From assembly GCA_039029715.1 (NCBI GenBank), contig JBCCFN010000001.1:1-55512 (forward strand): 55,512 bases of DNA, written 5' to 3'. Source of the stretch: Actinomycetota bacterium. Its GTDB lineage: Bacteria > Actinomycetota > Acidimicrobiia > Acidimicrobiales > SZUA-35. Position numbers and translations under genes: made by a program. Numbering within the stretch: position 1 is the first letter of the stretch; each line of letters opens with the position of its first letter. Under the pieces are notes generated by a model. It made no database searches and was not told the DNA's origin. It saw only the letters and a program-made list of their open reading frames with translations. Below, one piece after another: positions 35,661-44,458 of the stretch.

Positions 35661-36521
35661 ATGACCGGGGCGGAGCGGGAGCGGGCGTACTCCCCGAGTT
35701 CGTGCCTGGCGGATGGCGACTATCGCCCCTTCGTTGAGGCCTATCGCAACCGGAGCGATGCCGCATGGTCGGCCGTCCACGCCATGTCTGACGTCCGGGT
35801 CGATCAACTCAGGTACGGGGACGGGCCGGCCAACACCGTCGACGTCGCGGTGCCGGTCGGCGACCGTCAACCACCGCTCCTCGTCTACCTCCATGGTGGG
35901 TACTGGCAGGAGTTGTCAAAGCTCGACTCTCGGTTCGCCGCCGCCGACTGCATCCGGCGGGGGTGGGGCTTCGCCGCCGTCGACTACACGTTGGCCCCCG
36001 AGGCATCGGTTCCGGCCATCGTCGAGGAGTGCCGACGGTCGATCGCAACCCTGCGGTCGAACGTCGCCACCCTGGGATTCGACCCGGCACGGCTGGTCGT
36101 AGCCGGGAGCTCGGCCGGAGCCCATCTCGCTGCCATGGTGTGCCTCGACGCCGAGCCCGCCATCGCCGGGGCGGTCCTGGTGTCCGGCATCTTCGAGCTG
36201 GAACCGCTGATCGGGACGTCGATCAACGAGGCGCTCGGGCTCGACGCTGACGCGGCGCGACGCAACAGTCCGCTCCTGGCCGACCGAGCCCGGCTGGCCG
36301 CCGCCCCGCCGACCGTGATCGCCCATGGCCAATACGAGACCGCCGAGTTCAAGGCCCAGTCCCGTGCCTTCGCCGCGAGACTGGGGCCCAGTGGCAGGGC
36401 CGGGACGCCGATCGAGATCGTGGGGCGGAACCACTTCGACGTGATCCTCGACCTGGCGGCTCCCGAGACCACACTCGGCGCTGCGGTTGCCGCCCTGGTC
36501 GCCGCAACAGCAACCGCCTGA
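35661..36521 (+). CDS. alpha/beta-hydrolase-fold arylformamidase (kynurenine formamidase candidate)
   Basis: From ORF 35580..36521. Oxyanion motif HGGYW, nucleophile elbow GSSAG, and C-terminal NHFD. The N-terminus ERERAYSPSS.. is typical of this esterase/formamidase group. The start is ATG 35661, with GTG 35622 as the alternative. Confidence 0.65.
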   Translation: MTGAERERAYSPSSCLADGDYRPFVEAYRNRSDAAWSAVHAMSDVRVDQLRYGDGPANTVDVAVPVGDRQPPLLVYLHGGYWQELSKLDSRFAAADCIRRGWGFAAVDYTLAPEASVPAIVEECRRSIATLRSNVATLGFDPARLVVAGSSAGAHLAAMVCLDAEPAIAGAVLVSGIFELEPLIGTSINEALGLDADAARRNSPLLADRARLAAAPPTVIAHGQYETAEFKAQSRAFAARLGPSGRAGTPIEIVGRNHFDVILDLAAPETTLGAAVAALVAATATA

Positions 36522-36574
36522 CCGAAGCCGCCGGCTGGCGAACCGACTGGTGGGGCGCCGCCGACCACGATCTG

Positions 36575-36619
36575 CATTCGTCTGAATGTTTGACACAAGG
36601 ATTCATATGGATGTAGTTT
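36575..36619 (+). promoter_or_regulatory. candidate promoter (TTGACA-18 nt-TAGTTT) overlapped by ATTC-N4-GAAT-type inverted repeats
   Basis: TTGACA lies at 36590-95 and TAGTTT at 36614-19, and the MarR GTG follows 6 nt later (leaderless-type geometry). Inverted repeats: CATTCgtctGAATG (36575-88) and ATTCatatGGAT (36601-12). Confidence 0.45.
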
Positions 36620-36625
36620 TCGCTC

Positions 36626-37096
36626 GTGCCCGGCGATGCCAACTTCCTGACCGGCTACCTGCCCTACCTGTTGCGGCAGGCAGACCAGACGCTGTCGGCG
36701 CCGTTCTACTCCGTCCTCAACCGGTACGGGGTGGCCCGCTCGGAGTGGCGGGTCATCGCCGTCATCCATGAGCTTGGCGAGCTTCCGGTCATCGGGCTGG
36801 CCGATGCTGCGCTCAGCCCCCAACCGACCGTGACCAATGCCCTGAGGCGCCTCGAGCAACGGGGCCTGGTCCGGCGGACCCCGGGGGAGGTCGACAAGCG
36901 GCAACGGTTCGTGTCGCTCACCCCCGCCGGGACCGAGTTGGCGGCCGCCCTCATCGCCGAGGCTCGTCGGCTGGAGGCCGAGCAGCTGGCCGACGCCGGC
37001 GACCTGTCGGAACTGATGGATCGGCTCCGCTCGCTCACCGCCAACATCGAGGCCGGCCTCCAGCGCAGCCAGGAGCAGGCCCGGCGGACCGGGTGA
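36626..37096 (+). CDS. MarR family transcriptional regulator
   Basis: A winged HTH: ..EWRVIAVIHELGELPVIGLADAALSPQPTVTNALRRLEQRGLVRRTPGEVDKRQRFVSLTPAG... GTG start. Confidence 0.9.
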   Translation: MPGDANFLTGYLPYLLRQADQTLSAPFYSVLNRYGVARSEWRVIAVIHELGELPVIGLADAALSPQPTVTNALRRLEQRGLVRRTPGEVDKRQRFVSLTPAGTELAAALIAEARRLEAEQLADAGDLSELMDRLRSLTANIEAGLQRSQEQARRTG

Positions 37097-37117
37097 TCGA
37101 GGGGAGGGGAGCGACCG

Positions 37118-38050
37118 ATGCCGATCTTTGAACCGCACTTCCCGGTGGTGGTCGACCCGGACGGGGTGGACGCGTCACCTCACCCGCGACCGATGCCGAT
37201 CACGACCGATCGGACCCGGGCCGAGACGGTCGCTGTGACCGGCGGCGAGCCGCTGGTCGACTTCGACGGGACCTCGAACCCCTACATCGACTATCAGAGC
37301 ATCGACCTGTTGCTCTCCCTCCAGCACCCTCGGAGCAAGGGCTACGACGAGATGTGCTTCTTCGTCATGGGCCAGGTCAAGGAGTTGCTGTTCCGGGGAC
37401 TGCACTTCGAGCTGGTCAACGCCCAGCATCAGCTGCGGGACGATGCGATCGACAACGCCCTGTCGATCCTCGGTCGGGCCGGCGGGTACGTGGACTACCT
37501 CACCTCGTCCTGGGACCTGCTGTCGACCATCTCGACCGAGGGGTTCAACCAGTTCCGGGACACCTTGGGTACCGCCTCCGGGCAGCTGTCGTTCATGTAC
37601 CGCCATGTCGAGTTCGTCCTCGGGAACAAGAGCGAGCGGCTGGCCCTGGCCCACCGCAACGTCCCCCACGTCTGGCCGGCGATCGAAGCGTCGCTGCGGT
37701 CGCCGAGCCTCTACGACGATGCGATCGCACTGCTGGCCCGCCGGGGGCTTGCGATCGACGGGGCGGCGCTCGATCGCGACTGGTCCGAGCCGTACCGGGC
37801 CGATCCGTCGGTCGAGGGGGCGTGGCGTGAGGTCTTCGCCGACCCGGACGCCGCCAATCCGCTCTACCGGCTCGGCTGTGCGCTGATCGACATCGACCAG
37901 CGGTTCTCGGTCTACCGGTGGCGCCACTTCGTCTCGGTCGAGCGGATCATCGGCTACAAGCCGGGAACCGGCGGCTCGGCCGGTGTGGCCTGGCTCGACG
38001 ACGTCACCAGGCATCGATTCTTCCCTGAGATCTGGGCAACCGCCAACTGA
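37118..38050 (+). CDS. divergent tryptophan 2,3-dioxygenase (TDO) family paralogue
   Basis: TDO blocks are present but altered: YIDYQSIDLLLSLQ; DEMCFFVMGQVKELLF (canonical ..HDEtLFIIIHQvyELWFK); FRDTLGTASGQLSFMYRHVEFVLG; YRWRHFVSVERIIGYKPGTGGSAG. The proximal His is retained. Confidence 0.75.
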   Translation: MPIFEPHFPVVVDPDGVDASPHPRPMPITTDRTRAETVAVTGGEPLVDFDGTSNPYIDYQSIDLLLSLQHPRSKGYDEMCFFVMGQVKELLFRGLHFELVNAQHQLRDDAIDNALSILGRAGGYVDYLTSSWDLLSTISTEGFNQFRDTLGTASGQLSFMYRHVEFVLGNKSERLALAHRNVPHVWPAIEASLRSPSLYDDAIALLARRGLAIDGAALDRDWSEPYRADPSVEGAWREVFADPDAANPLYRLGCALIDIDQRFSVYRWRHFVSVERIIGYKPGTGGSAGVAWLDDVTRHRFFPEIWATAN

Positions 38051-38067
38051 GGCAGCAGGAGACCAGC

Positions 38068-38625
38068 ATGACCATCTACGACCCGAACATCGCAGCACAG
38101 CGTCGCCCGTTCTCGCTCCAACGTTGGATCGACGAGCATCGTGACGAGCTGCGGCCACCGGTGGCGAACAAGCAGGTCTGGCGGGAGGCCGACATGATCG
38201 TGATGATCGTCGGTGGCGGCAACGAGCGGAACGACTTCCACGACGACCCCCGGGAGGAGTTCTTCCACCAGATCAAGGGCGACATGGACCTGTGGATCTG
38301 GCCGGAGGAAGGGACCGCCCCGTACCGGATGCCGATCAAGGAGGGCGAGGTCTACCTCCTGCCGCCCCACCTCCGGCACTCTCCCCAGCGTCCGGATCCG
38401 GACTCGATCGGCCTGGTGGTCGAGTACGCCAGGCGGCCGGGTGAGTTGGACGGCTTCGAGTGGGCGTGCAGCAACTGCAACCGGCTGGTCCACCGGGTCG
38501 AGTTGCAGGTCCAGGAGATCGATCGGGACCTGCCACCGCTGTTCGCCGCCTTCAACGAGGACATGGACGCCCGGACCTGCCCCTACTGCGGCACCGTCCA
38601 CGCCGGCCGGGACGGCCGCCTGTGA
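38068..38625 (+). CDS. 3-hydroxyanthranilate 3,4-dioxygenase
   Basis: A cupin with FHDDPREEFFHQ..GDM and LLPPHLRHSPQR (His/Glu/His iron ligands), plus the C-terminal rubredoxin-like CSNC...CPYC site typical of bacterial HAO. Confidence 0.9.
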   Translation: MTIYDPNIAAQRRPFSLQRWIDEHRDELRPPVANKQVWREADMIVMIVGGGNERNDFHDDPREEFFHQIKGDMDLWIWPEEGTAPYRMPIKEGEVYLLPPHLRHSPQRPDPDSIGLVVEYARRPGELDGFEWACSNCNRLVHRVELQVQEIDRDLPPLFAAFNEDMDARTCPYCGTVHAGRDGRL

Positions 38626-39863
38626 CTCACCAACGTGCGGCCGAACTGGACGCCGCCGACCCGTTGGCTCCGTTCCGGGACGAATTCGAGGTCCCGGAGG
38701 GGATCTACCTGGTCGGCAACTCCCTCGGGGCGATGCCGCGGTCGGTCCGGGCGAACGTCGGGATCGAACTGGACCGGTGGAGCACGCTCGGGGTCGAGGG
38801 CCACTTCACCGGCGACCTGGCATGGAAGGACTACCACGAGCTGCTCACCGAGCCGCTGGCCCGGGTGGTCGGCGGTCACCGGGATGAGGTCGTCGCCATG
38901 AACGGGCTGACCGTCAACCTCCACCTGCTGATGGTCAGCTTCTACCGGCCGACCGCCGGCCGCCACAAGATCCTGATCGAGGATCATGCCTTCCCGTCAG
39001 ACCACTTCGCCGTCGAGTCCCAGATCCGGCAGCGGGGCTTCGACCCGGCGAGCTCCCTGGTGGTGCTGGCCCCGAGGGAGGGCGAGGAGACCCTCCGGGC
39101 CGAGGACATCCTGGCCGCCATCGCCGAGTGCGGAGACGAACTGGCCCTCGTACTGTTGCCAGGGGTCCAGTACTACACCGGCCAGGTCCTGCCGATGGCA
39201 GACATCGTGGCCGCCGGCCATGACGTCGGGGCCATGGTCGGCCTCGACCTGGCCCACGCCGCCGGCAACGTCGAACTCTCGCTGCACGACTGGGATGTCG
39301 ACTTCGCCGCCTGGTGCACCTACAAGTACCTCAACAGTGGGCCCGGGGGCGTGGCCGGGGCCTTCGTCAACCGGCGCCACGTCGCGGACCAAACCGTGCC
39401 GAAGTTCCTCGGCTGGTGGGGGACCAACCCGGACACCCGGTTCGCCATGTCGACCCGGTTCGACCCGATCCCGACCGTGGAGTCCTGGCAGCTGTCGAAC
39501 GCCCCGATCCTGCCGATGGCGGCGCTGCGGGCGTCGCTCGACATCATCGACCGGGCCGGCGGCATGGCGGCCCTTCGTCGCAAGTCGGAGCTGCAGATCG
39601 AGTTCTTCGACCGCCGGCTGGAGGAGACCCTGGCCGGTCGGGTGGTGAACCTGACGCCGAAGGCCCTGGCCGACCGGGGCTGTCAGTACGCCCTGCAGGT
39701 CGTCGACGGCCGAGGGCGTGAGGTGTTCGAGGAGCTGGAGTCGGCGAAGGTCCGGTGCGACTGGCGGGAGCCGGATGTGATCCGGGCCGCACCGGTGCCG
39801 CTCTACAACTCGTTCGCAGACATCGACCGGTTCGTCGACATCCTGGACGGGATCGTCCGATGA
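38622..39863 (+). CDS. kynU: kynureninase
   Basis: From ORF 38460..39863. The GTG 38622 start overlaps the HAO stop (GTGA). Recognisable blocks: ..DPLAPFRDEFEVPEGIYLVGNSLG.., ..HAFPSDHFA.., PLP-Lys block WCTYKYLNSGPGG, ..FLGWWG... Confidence 0.9.
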   Translation: MTHQRAAELDAADPLAPFRDEFEVPEGIYLVGNSLGAMPRSVRANVGIELDRWSTLGVEGHFTGDLAWKDYHELLTEPLARVVGGHRDEVVAMNGLTVNLHLLMVSFYRPTAGRHKILIEDHAFPSDHFAVESQIRQRGFDPASSLVVLAPREGEETLRAEDILAAIAECGDELALVLLPGVQYYTGQVLPMADIVAAGHDVGAMVGLDLAHAAGNVELSLHDWDVDFAAWCTYKYLNSGPGGVAGAFVNRRHVADQTVPKFLGWWGTNPDTRFAMSTRFDPIPTVESWQLSNAPILPMAALRASLDIIDRAGGMAALRRKSELQIEFFDRRLEETLAGRVVNLTPKALADRGCQYALQVVDGRGREVFEELESAKVRCDWREPDVIRAAPVPLYNSFADIDRFVDILDGIVR

Positions 39864-41221
39864 GGCTCGGCGAGAACGGACCGATCGTGATCATCGGCGC
39901 CGGCCAGGCCGGTGCCCTGCTCGCCGCACTGTTGGCCCGCCAGGGCCACGACGTCACGGTCTACGAGAGCCGCCCCGATCTGCGGCGGGTCGACATCGAT
40001 GCCGGCCGCTCGATCAACCTGGCGCTGGCGACCAGGGGCATCGTCCCACTGATCGACGCGGGGGTGATCGACCGGGTCGACGCCATCACCATCCCGATGC
40101 GGGGGCGAATGATCCATGCGGTCGGCGAACCGATCCCCGAGCTCCAGCCCTACGGCACCGCGGCCCATGAGGTCATCCACTCGGTGTCCCGCACCGACCT
40201 CAACGCCATCCTGCTCGACGCCGCCGAGGCGACCGGTCGGGTCACCATCGAGTTCGACGCACCGGTCCGGTCGGTCGACTTCGACGCGTCGGTCGTCCGC
40301 TTCGACGGCGGTCGGACCGAGCCGTTCGGCGTGGCGTTCGGGGCCGACGGGGCCGGTTCCCGGGTCCGGAAGGCCATGGCCGAGGCCGGCTCCTGCGTCT
40401 TCGCCACCGACTGGCTCGACCACGACTACAAGGAGCTGACCCTGCCCCCGGCCTCGGCCGGCGTGCACCTGCTCGACCCCCACGCACTCCACATCTGGCC
40501 CCGGGGCGAGTTCATGCTGATCGCCCTGGCCAACCCGGAGGGCGACTTCACCGTCACCCTGTTCGCCCCCAAGGACACCATCGCCGCGCTGGTTGACCGG
40601 GTGTCGATCGATCGGTTCTTCGGCGACTGGTTCCCCGGCTTTGCCTCCCTGGTCCCCGACCTGGCGGACCAGTTCCTCGAGAACCCGACCGGGGCGCTCG
40701 GGACGATGCGGGCCCGGGGGTGGAGCCACGACGGGCGAGGGGTCATCGTCGGCGATGCGGCCCATGCCATCGTGCCGTTCCATGGCCAGGGGATGAACGC
40801 CGCCCTGGAGTCGGTCCGGATACTCGACCGTCACCTTCGGGCCAATCCAGAGGACGTCGCTGCGGCCTTCGCCGGATACGAGGCCGAGCGAAAGCCGGAC
40901 GCCGACGCCATTGCCGACATGGCCCTCGACAACTACCTGGAGATGCGGTCGGGCGTCGTCGACCCGGACTACCTGGCCAAGCGGGAGCTGGCATTGATCC
41001 TGGAGCAACGCCACCCCCGGTATCTGCGGCCCCGGTACAACATGGTGATGTTCTCGACCATGCCCTACGCCGAGGCCAAGCGTCGGGCCCGGACCCAGGC
41101 CGAGATCATCGCCGCCGGCCTTGCCGATGAGTCGGTCGACGTCGATGCGCTGGTCCAGGCCCTCGACCCGCTCCCGGCCGATGACCCGCTCGCCGACCCG
41201 GAGGCCCTGTCGATCTCATGA
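39860..41221 (+). CDS. kynurenine 3-monooxygenase (FAD-dependent)
   Basis: From ORF 39755..41221. ATGA overlap with kynU. Recognisable blocks: IVIIGAGQAGALLA, ..RSINLALATRG.., GADGAGSRVR, ..HIWPRGEFMLIALAN.., GDAAHAIVPFHGQGMNAALES. Confidence 0.88.
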   Translation: MRLGENGPIVIIGAGQAGALLAALLARQGHDVTVYESRPDLRRVDIDAGRSINLALATRGIVPLIDAGVIDRVDAITIPMRGRMIHAVGEPIPELQPYGTAAHEVIHSVSRTDLNAILLDAAEATGRVTIEFDAPVRSVDFDASVVRFDGGRTEPFGVAFGADGAGSRVRKAMAEAGSCVFATDWLDHDYKELTLPPASAGVHLLDPHALHIWPRGEFMLIALANPEGDFTVTLFAPKDTIAALVDRVSIDRFFGDWFPGFASLVPDLADQFLENPTGALGTMRARGWSHDGRGVIVGDAAHAIVPFHGQGMNAALESVRILDRHLRANPEDVAAAFAGYEAERKPDADAIADMALDNYLEMRSGVVDPDYLAKRELALILEQRHPRYLRPRYNMVMFSTMPYAEAKRRARTQAEIIAAGLADESVDVDALVQALDPLPADDPLADPEALSIS

Positions 41222-42024
41222 TCACGCCACCGACAGACGACTTCACCTACGGGACCTACCTCAAGGTCGACGAGCTGCTGTCGTTGCAGCACTGCGTTTC
41301 CTTCGACGAGGAGACCGGTCGACCCGAGCACGACGAGACCCTGTTCATCATCATCCACCAGGTCTACGAGCTGTGGTTCAAGCAGGTCCTCCACGAGCTC
41401 GACCACATCATCCGCAAGCTGGACGCCCACCAGGTCGGTGGCGCCAGACATCACCTCAAGCGGGTGCTGAAGATCCTGAAGACCCTGGTCGGTCAGATCG
41501 ATGTGCTCGAGACGATGACCCCGGCCGAGTTCGCGAGCTTCCGGAACTTCCTGGCCAGTGCCAGTGGCTTCCAGTCGGCCCAGTTCCGGGAGCTGGAGTT
41601 CGTGCTCGGGATCAAGGACCGGATCGACCTCGACTGGTTCACCGGGGCGGAGGGGGAACGGCTGCAAGCCCGCTACGACGCACCGACCCTGTGGGACGCC
41701 TTTGTCCACCTGCTGGCCCGGGACGGGTTCGACGTGCCACCCGAGGTCCTGAACCGTGATGTCAGGGAGGCGATCGTCGAGAGTCCGGCCCTGCAGGAGG
41801 TCATCGTCGGCCGATATCACGACGAGGGGTTCGCCGGCCTGTGCGAGACCCTGACCGATCTGGACGAGGGTCTCCAGGAGTGGCGGTATCGCCACGTGAT
41901 GATGGTCCGCCGCACGATCGGGACCAAGCGGGGGACCGGGGGGTCCGATGGTGCCTCGTACCTGGCGACCACCCTGTTCACCCCGGCGTTCCCCGACCTG
42001 TGGGCGATTCGAACGGCGTTCTAG
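41218..42024 (+). CDS. kynA: tryptophan 2,3-dioxygenase (canonical)
   Basis: All canonical blocks are present: YGTYLKVDELLSLQ, HDETLFIIIHQVYELWFKQ (distal His), FRNFLASASGFQSAQFRELEFVLG, WRYRHVMMVRRTIGTKRGTGGSDGASYL (proximal His). ATGA overlap with the KMO gene. Confidence 0.92.
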   Translation: MITPPTDDFTYGTYLKVDELLSLQHCVSFDEETGRPEHDETLFIIIHQVYELWFKQVLHELDHIIRKLDAHQVGGARHHLKRVLKILKTLVGQIDVLETMTPAEFASFRNFLASASGFQSAQFRELEFVLGIKDRIDLDWFTGAEGERLQARYDAPTLWDAFVHLLARDGFDVPPEVLNRDVREAIVESPALQEVIVGRYHDEGFAGLCETLTDLDEGLQEWRYRHVMMVRRTIGTKRGTGGSDGASYLATTLFTPAFPDLWAIRTAF

Positions 42025-42045
42025 GAGCGAAGGAGGAGCACTGAC

Positions 42046-43482
42046 ATGCCGACCTATCCGGAGCTGAAGCTCTACATCAACGGCCAGTGGCGGACAACGG
42101 ATGAGACGCTGCCGGTCGTGAATCCGGCGACCGAGGCCGAGATCGGTCGGCTGCCGGTCGCCAGTACGGCCGACCTCGACGACGCCCTGGCCGCTGCGGC
42201 GGCCGGGTTCGAGGTGTGGAGCCGCACCGCGCCGAAGGAGCGGGCGGCGCTGGTCCGGGCCGCGTCTGCCCTGATGCGGGAGCGACAGGACGAGATCGCC
42301 CACTCGATCACCCTCGAACACGGCAAGCCGTTCGAGCAGGCCCGGCTCGAGGTGATCCGGGGTTGTGAATTCTTCGAGTGGGACGCCGGCGAGGCGGTCC
42401 GGACCTACGGCCGGGTCATCCCCAGCGGCCCCGGGGTCAAGTACATCGTCCACCACCTGCCGATCGGTCCGGTCGCCGCCTTCGCTCCATGGAACTTCCC
42501 GATGAGCCAACCGGCCCGCAAGGTGGCCGGTGCGGTGGCATCTGGCTGCTCGATCATCCTGAAACCGGCCGAGGAGACCCCGGCCGGGGCCATGCACATC
42601 GTCCAGGCGTTCGAGGACGCCGGCCTGCCGCCGGGGGTGCTCAACCTGGTGTTCGGCGTGCCGACCGACATCTCCCAGCACCTGATCCCGAGTCCGATCA
42701 CCAACCTGGTGGCGTTCACCGGCTCGACCACGGTCGGCCGCCACCTGACCGGCCTGGCATCCGACCATATGACGCCGGTCCTGATGGAGTTGGGCGGCCA
42801 TGCGCCGGTCATCGTCTGCGAGGACACAGACGTCGAGGCGGCGGCGCTCAGCTCGGCGGTCCGCAAGATGCGGAATGCCGGGCAGGTCTGCACCTCGCCG
42901 ACCCGGTTCTTCGTCAACGAGCAGGTCTACGAACAGTTCCTCGACGTCTTCACCCGCCGGTGCGAGGCCACCGTTGTCGGTGACGGCATGACCGATGGCG
43001 TCGAGATGGGTCCGCTGGCCAACGATCGCCGGATCGCCGCCATGCGGCGCCTGGTCGACGATGCGGTCGATCACGGGGCGAAGTTGATGACCGGCGGCAC
43101 TCGGATCGGCTCGTCCGGCTACTTCTTCGAGCCGACGGTGCTGGCCGGAGTGCCGGAGGATGCGGCCGTCATGCGGGAAGAACCGTTCGGGCCGTTGGCC
43201 ATCGTCAACGAGGTCGACTCGCTGGACACCGCCATCGAGCAGGCCAACTCGGTTCCCTACGGGCTTGCCGCCTACGGCTTCACCAATCGGGCCGACTACG
43301 CCGACCGGATGGTCGATCGGGTCGAGGCCGGCAACCTGTCGATCAACACCCTGGAGGCATCGTTGCCGGAGACCCCGTTCGGTGGGGTCAAGTGGAGCGG
43401 CTACGGCCGGGAGGGCGGGGCCGAGGGCCTTCACCACTACGCCGTGGTCAAGAACGTGTCCCACAGCATGTCGATCGTCTGA
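42046..43482 (+). CDS. NAD(P)-dependent aldehyde dehydrogenase (semialdehyde-dehydrogenase-like)
   Basis: Motifs: WNFP, FTGSTTVG, catalytic ELGGHAP and AGQVCTSP. It resembles succinate / 2-oxoglutarate-semialdehyde dehydrogenases more than I can tie it to 2-aminomuconate-semialdehyde dehydrogenase. Confidence 0.85.
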   Translation: MPTYPELKLYINGQWRTTDETLPVVNPATEAEIGRLPVASTADLDDALAAAAAGFEVWSRTAPKERAALVRAASALMRERQDEIAHSITLEHGKPFEQARLEVIRGCEFFEWDAGEAVRTYGRVIPSGPGVKYIVHHLPIGPVAAFAPWNFPMSQPARKVAGAVASGCSIILKPAEETPAGAMHIVQAFEDAGLPPGVLNLVFGVPTDISQHLIPSPITNLVAFTGSTTVGRHLTGLASDHMTPVLMELGGHAPVIVCEDTDVEAAALSSAVRKMRNAGQVCTSPTRFFVNEQVYEQFLDVFTRRCEATVVGDGMTDGVEMGPLANDRRIAAMRRLVDDAVDHGAKLMTGGTRIGSSGYFFEPTVLAGVPEDAAVMREEPFGPLAIVNEVDSLDTAIEQANSVPYGLAAYGFTNRADYADRMVDRVEAGNLSINTLEASLPETPFGGVKWSGYGREGGAEGLHHYAVVKNVSHSMSIV

Positions 43483-43500
43483 TCACCGGGAGGAGCTGCG

Positions 43501-44454
43501 ATGCAGTATCGGAAGAGCGAGGCCAAGGCCTACGCCATGGAGCACATGAACGGGATCTGGGCCGCCGCACTGTTGCCGTTCACCGAGGACCACCGGATCG
43601 ACGAGGACGGGTTCCGGGAGAACATCCGCCACTGGACCGAGGATCTCGGCATCGAGGGGCTGTTCATCTCCGGCAAGCAGGGGGAGTTCTTCTCCCTGTC
43701 GATCGAGGAGCGGAAGCGGACCTTCGAGCTTGCGGTCGAGGCCACCGGGGACCGGGGCTACACGATCATGTCATGCTCGGACCAGAACCTCGACGTCGTG
43801 CTGGATCTGGCCCGTCACGCCCAGGATGTCGGGGCGGACTACATCGTTGTCCACGCACCGGCCCTCCACTTCTTCACCGGCTACGACGAGACGTTGCTCG
43901 GGTACTACAGCCGGATCGCAGCGTCGGTCGACATCGGCATCGCACTGTGGAGCCACCCGTCGAGCGGCTACCTGATGTCGCCGCAGCTGTGCAACCGGCT
44001 GGCAGACATCGAGAACGTGGTGGCGATCAAGTACAGCGTCGATCGTTCCATGTACGCCGAGCTGACCGAGCTGGCCTCGGATCGGATCCAGGTCAGCACC
44101 GCCTCGGAACCGGAGTGGCTGGACAACATCCTGGATCTGCGGTGGAAGCTGTACCTGTGCTCGTCCCCGCCCTACCTGCTCCAGAGCGCGGTCGACCGGC
44201 GGATGCACGACTACACCCAGGCCGCCCTGGCCGGCGACGCCACCGAGGCCAAGGCCATCAGCGCCAGCCTGGACCCGGTGCGGGACGCCCTGTGGGGCAC
44301 CCGGCCGGCCGAGAAGCCCCACGCCCACCAGAAGTACTGGCAGGAGCTGCTCGGCCAGGTCGGTGGCAGGGTCCGGTTCCCTCTGCTTGAGCTGACCGAC
44401 GAGGAGAAGGCGGCAACCAGGGAGGCGTTCTACCGGTGCGGGCTCCAGGTCTGA
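43501..44454 (+). CDS. dihydrodipicolinate synthase/N-acetylneuraminate lyase family protein (class I aldolase/dehydratase)
   Basis: DHDPS-fold pattern: ..GIWAAALLPFTED..IDEDGFRENI.., ..GLFISGKQGEFFSLS.EER.., and the Schiff-base Lys context VVAIKYS. Confidence 0.8.
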   Translation: MQYRKSEAKAYAMEHMNGIWAAALLPFTEDHRIDEDGFRENIRHWTEDLGIEGLFISGKQGEFFSLSIEERKRTFELAVEATGDRGYTIMSCSDQNLDVVLDLARHAQDVGADYIVVHAPALHFFTGYDETLLGYYSRIAASVDIGIALWSHPSSGYLMSPQLCNRLADIENVVAIKYSVDRSMYAELTELASDRIQVSTASEPEWLDNILDLRWKLYLCSSPPYLLQSAVDRRMHDYTQAALAGDATEAKAISASLDPVRDALWGTRPAEKPHAHQKYWQELLGQVGGRVRFPLLELTDEEKAATREAFYRCGLQV

Positions 44455-44458
44455 GCGG

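Noticed and set aside
41065-43464. A 799-aa ORF on the minus strand, one of the longest in the track.
   Set aside because: It is entirely antisense to the well-conserved kynA and aldehyde-dehydrogenase genes. Its translation is Arg/Gly/Pro/Asp-rich with no recognisable motif. Long stop-free antisense frames are expected in high-GC DNA.
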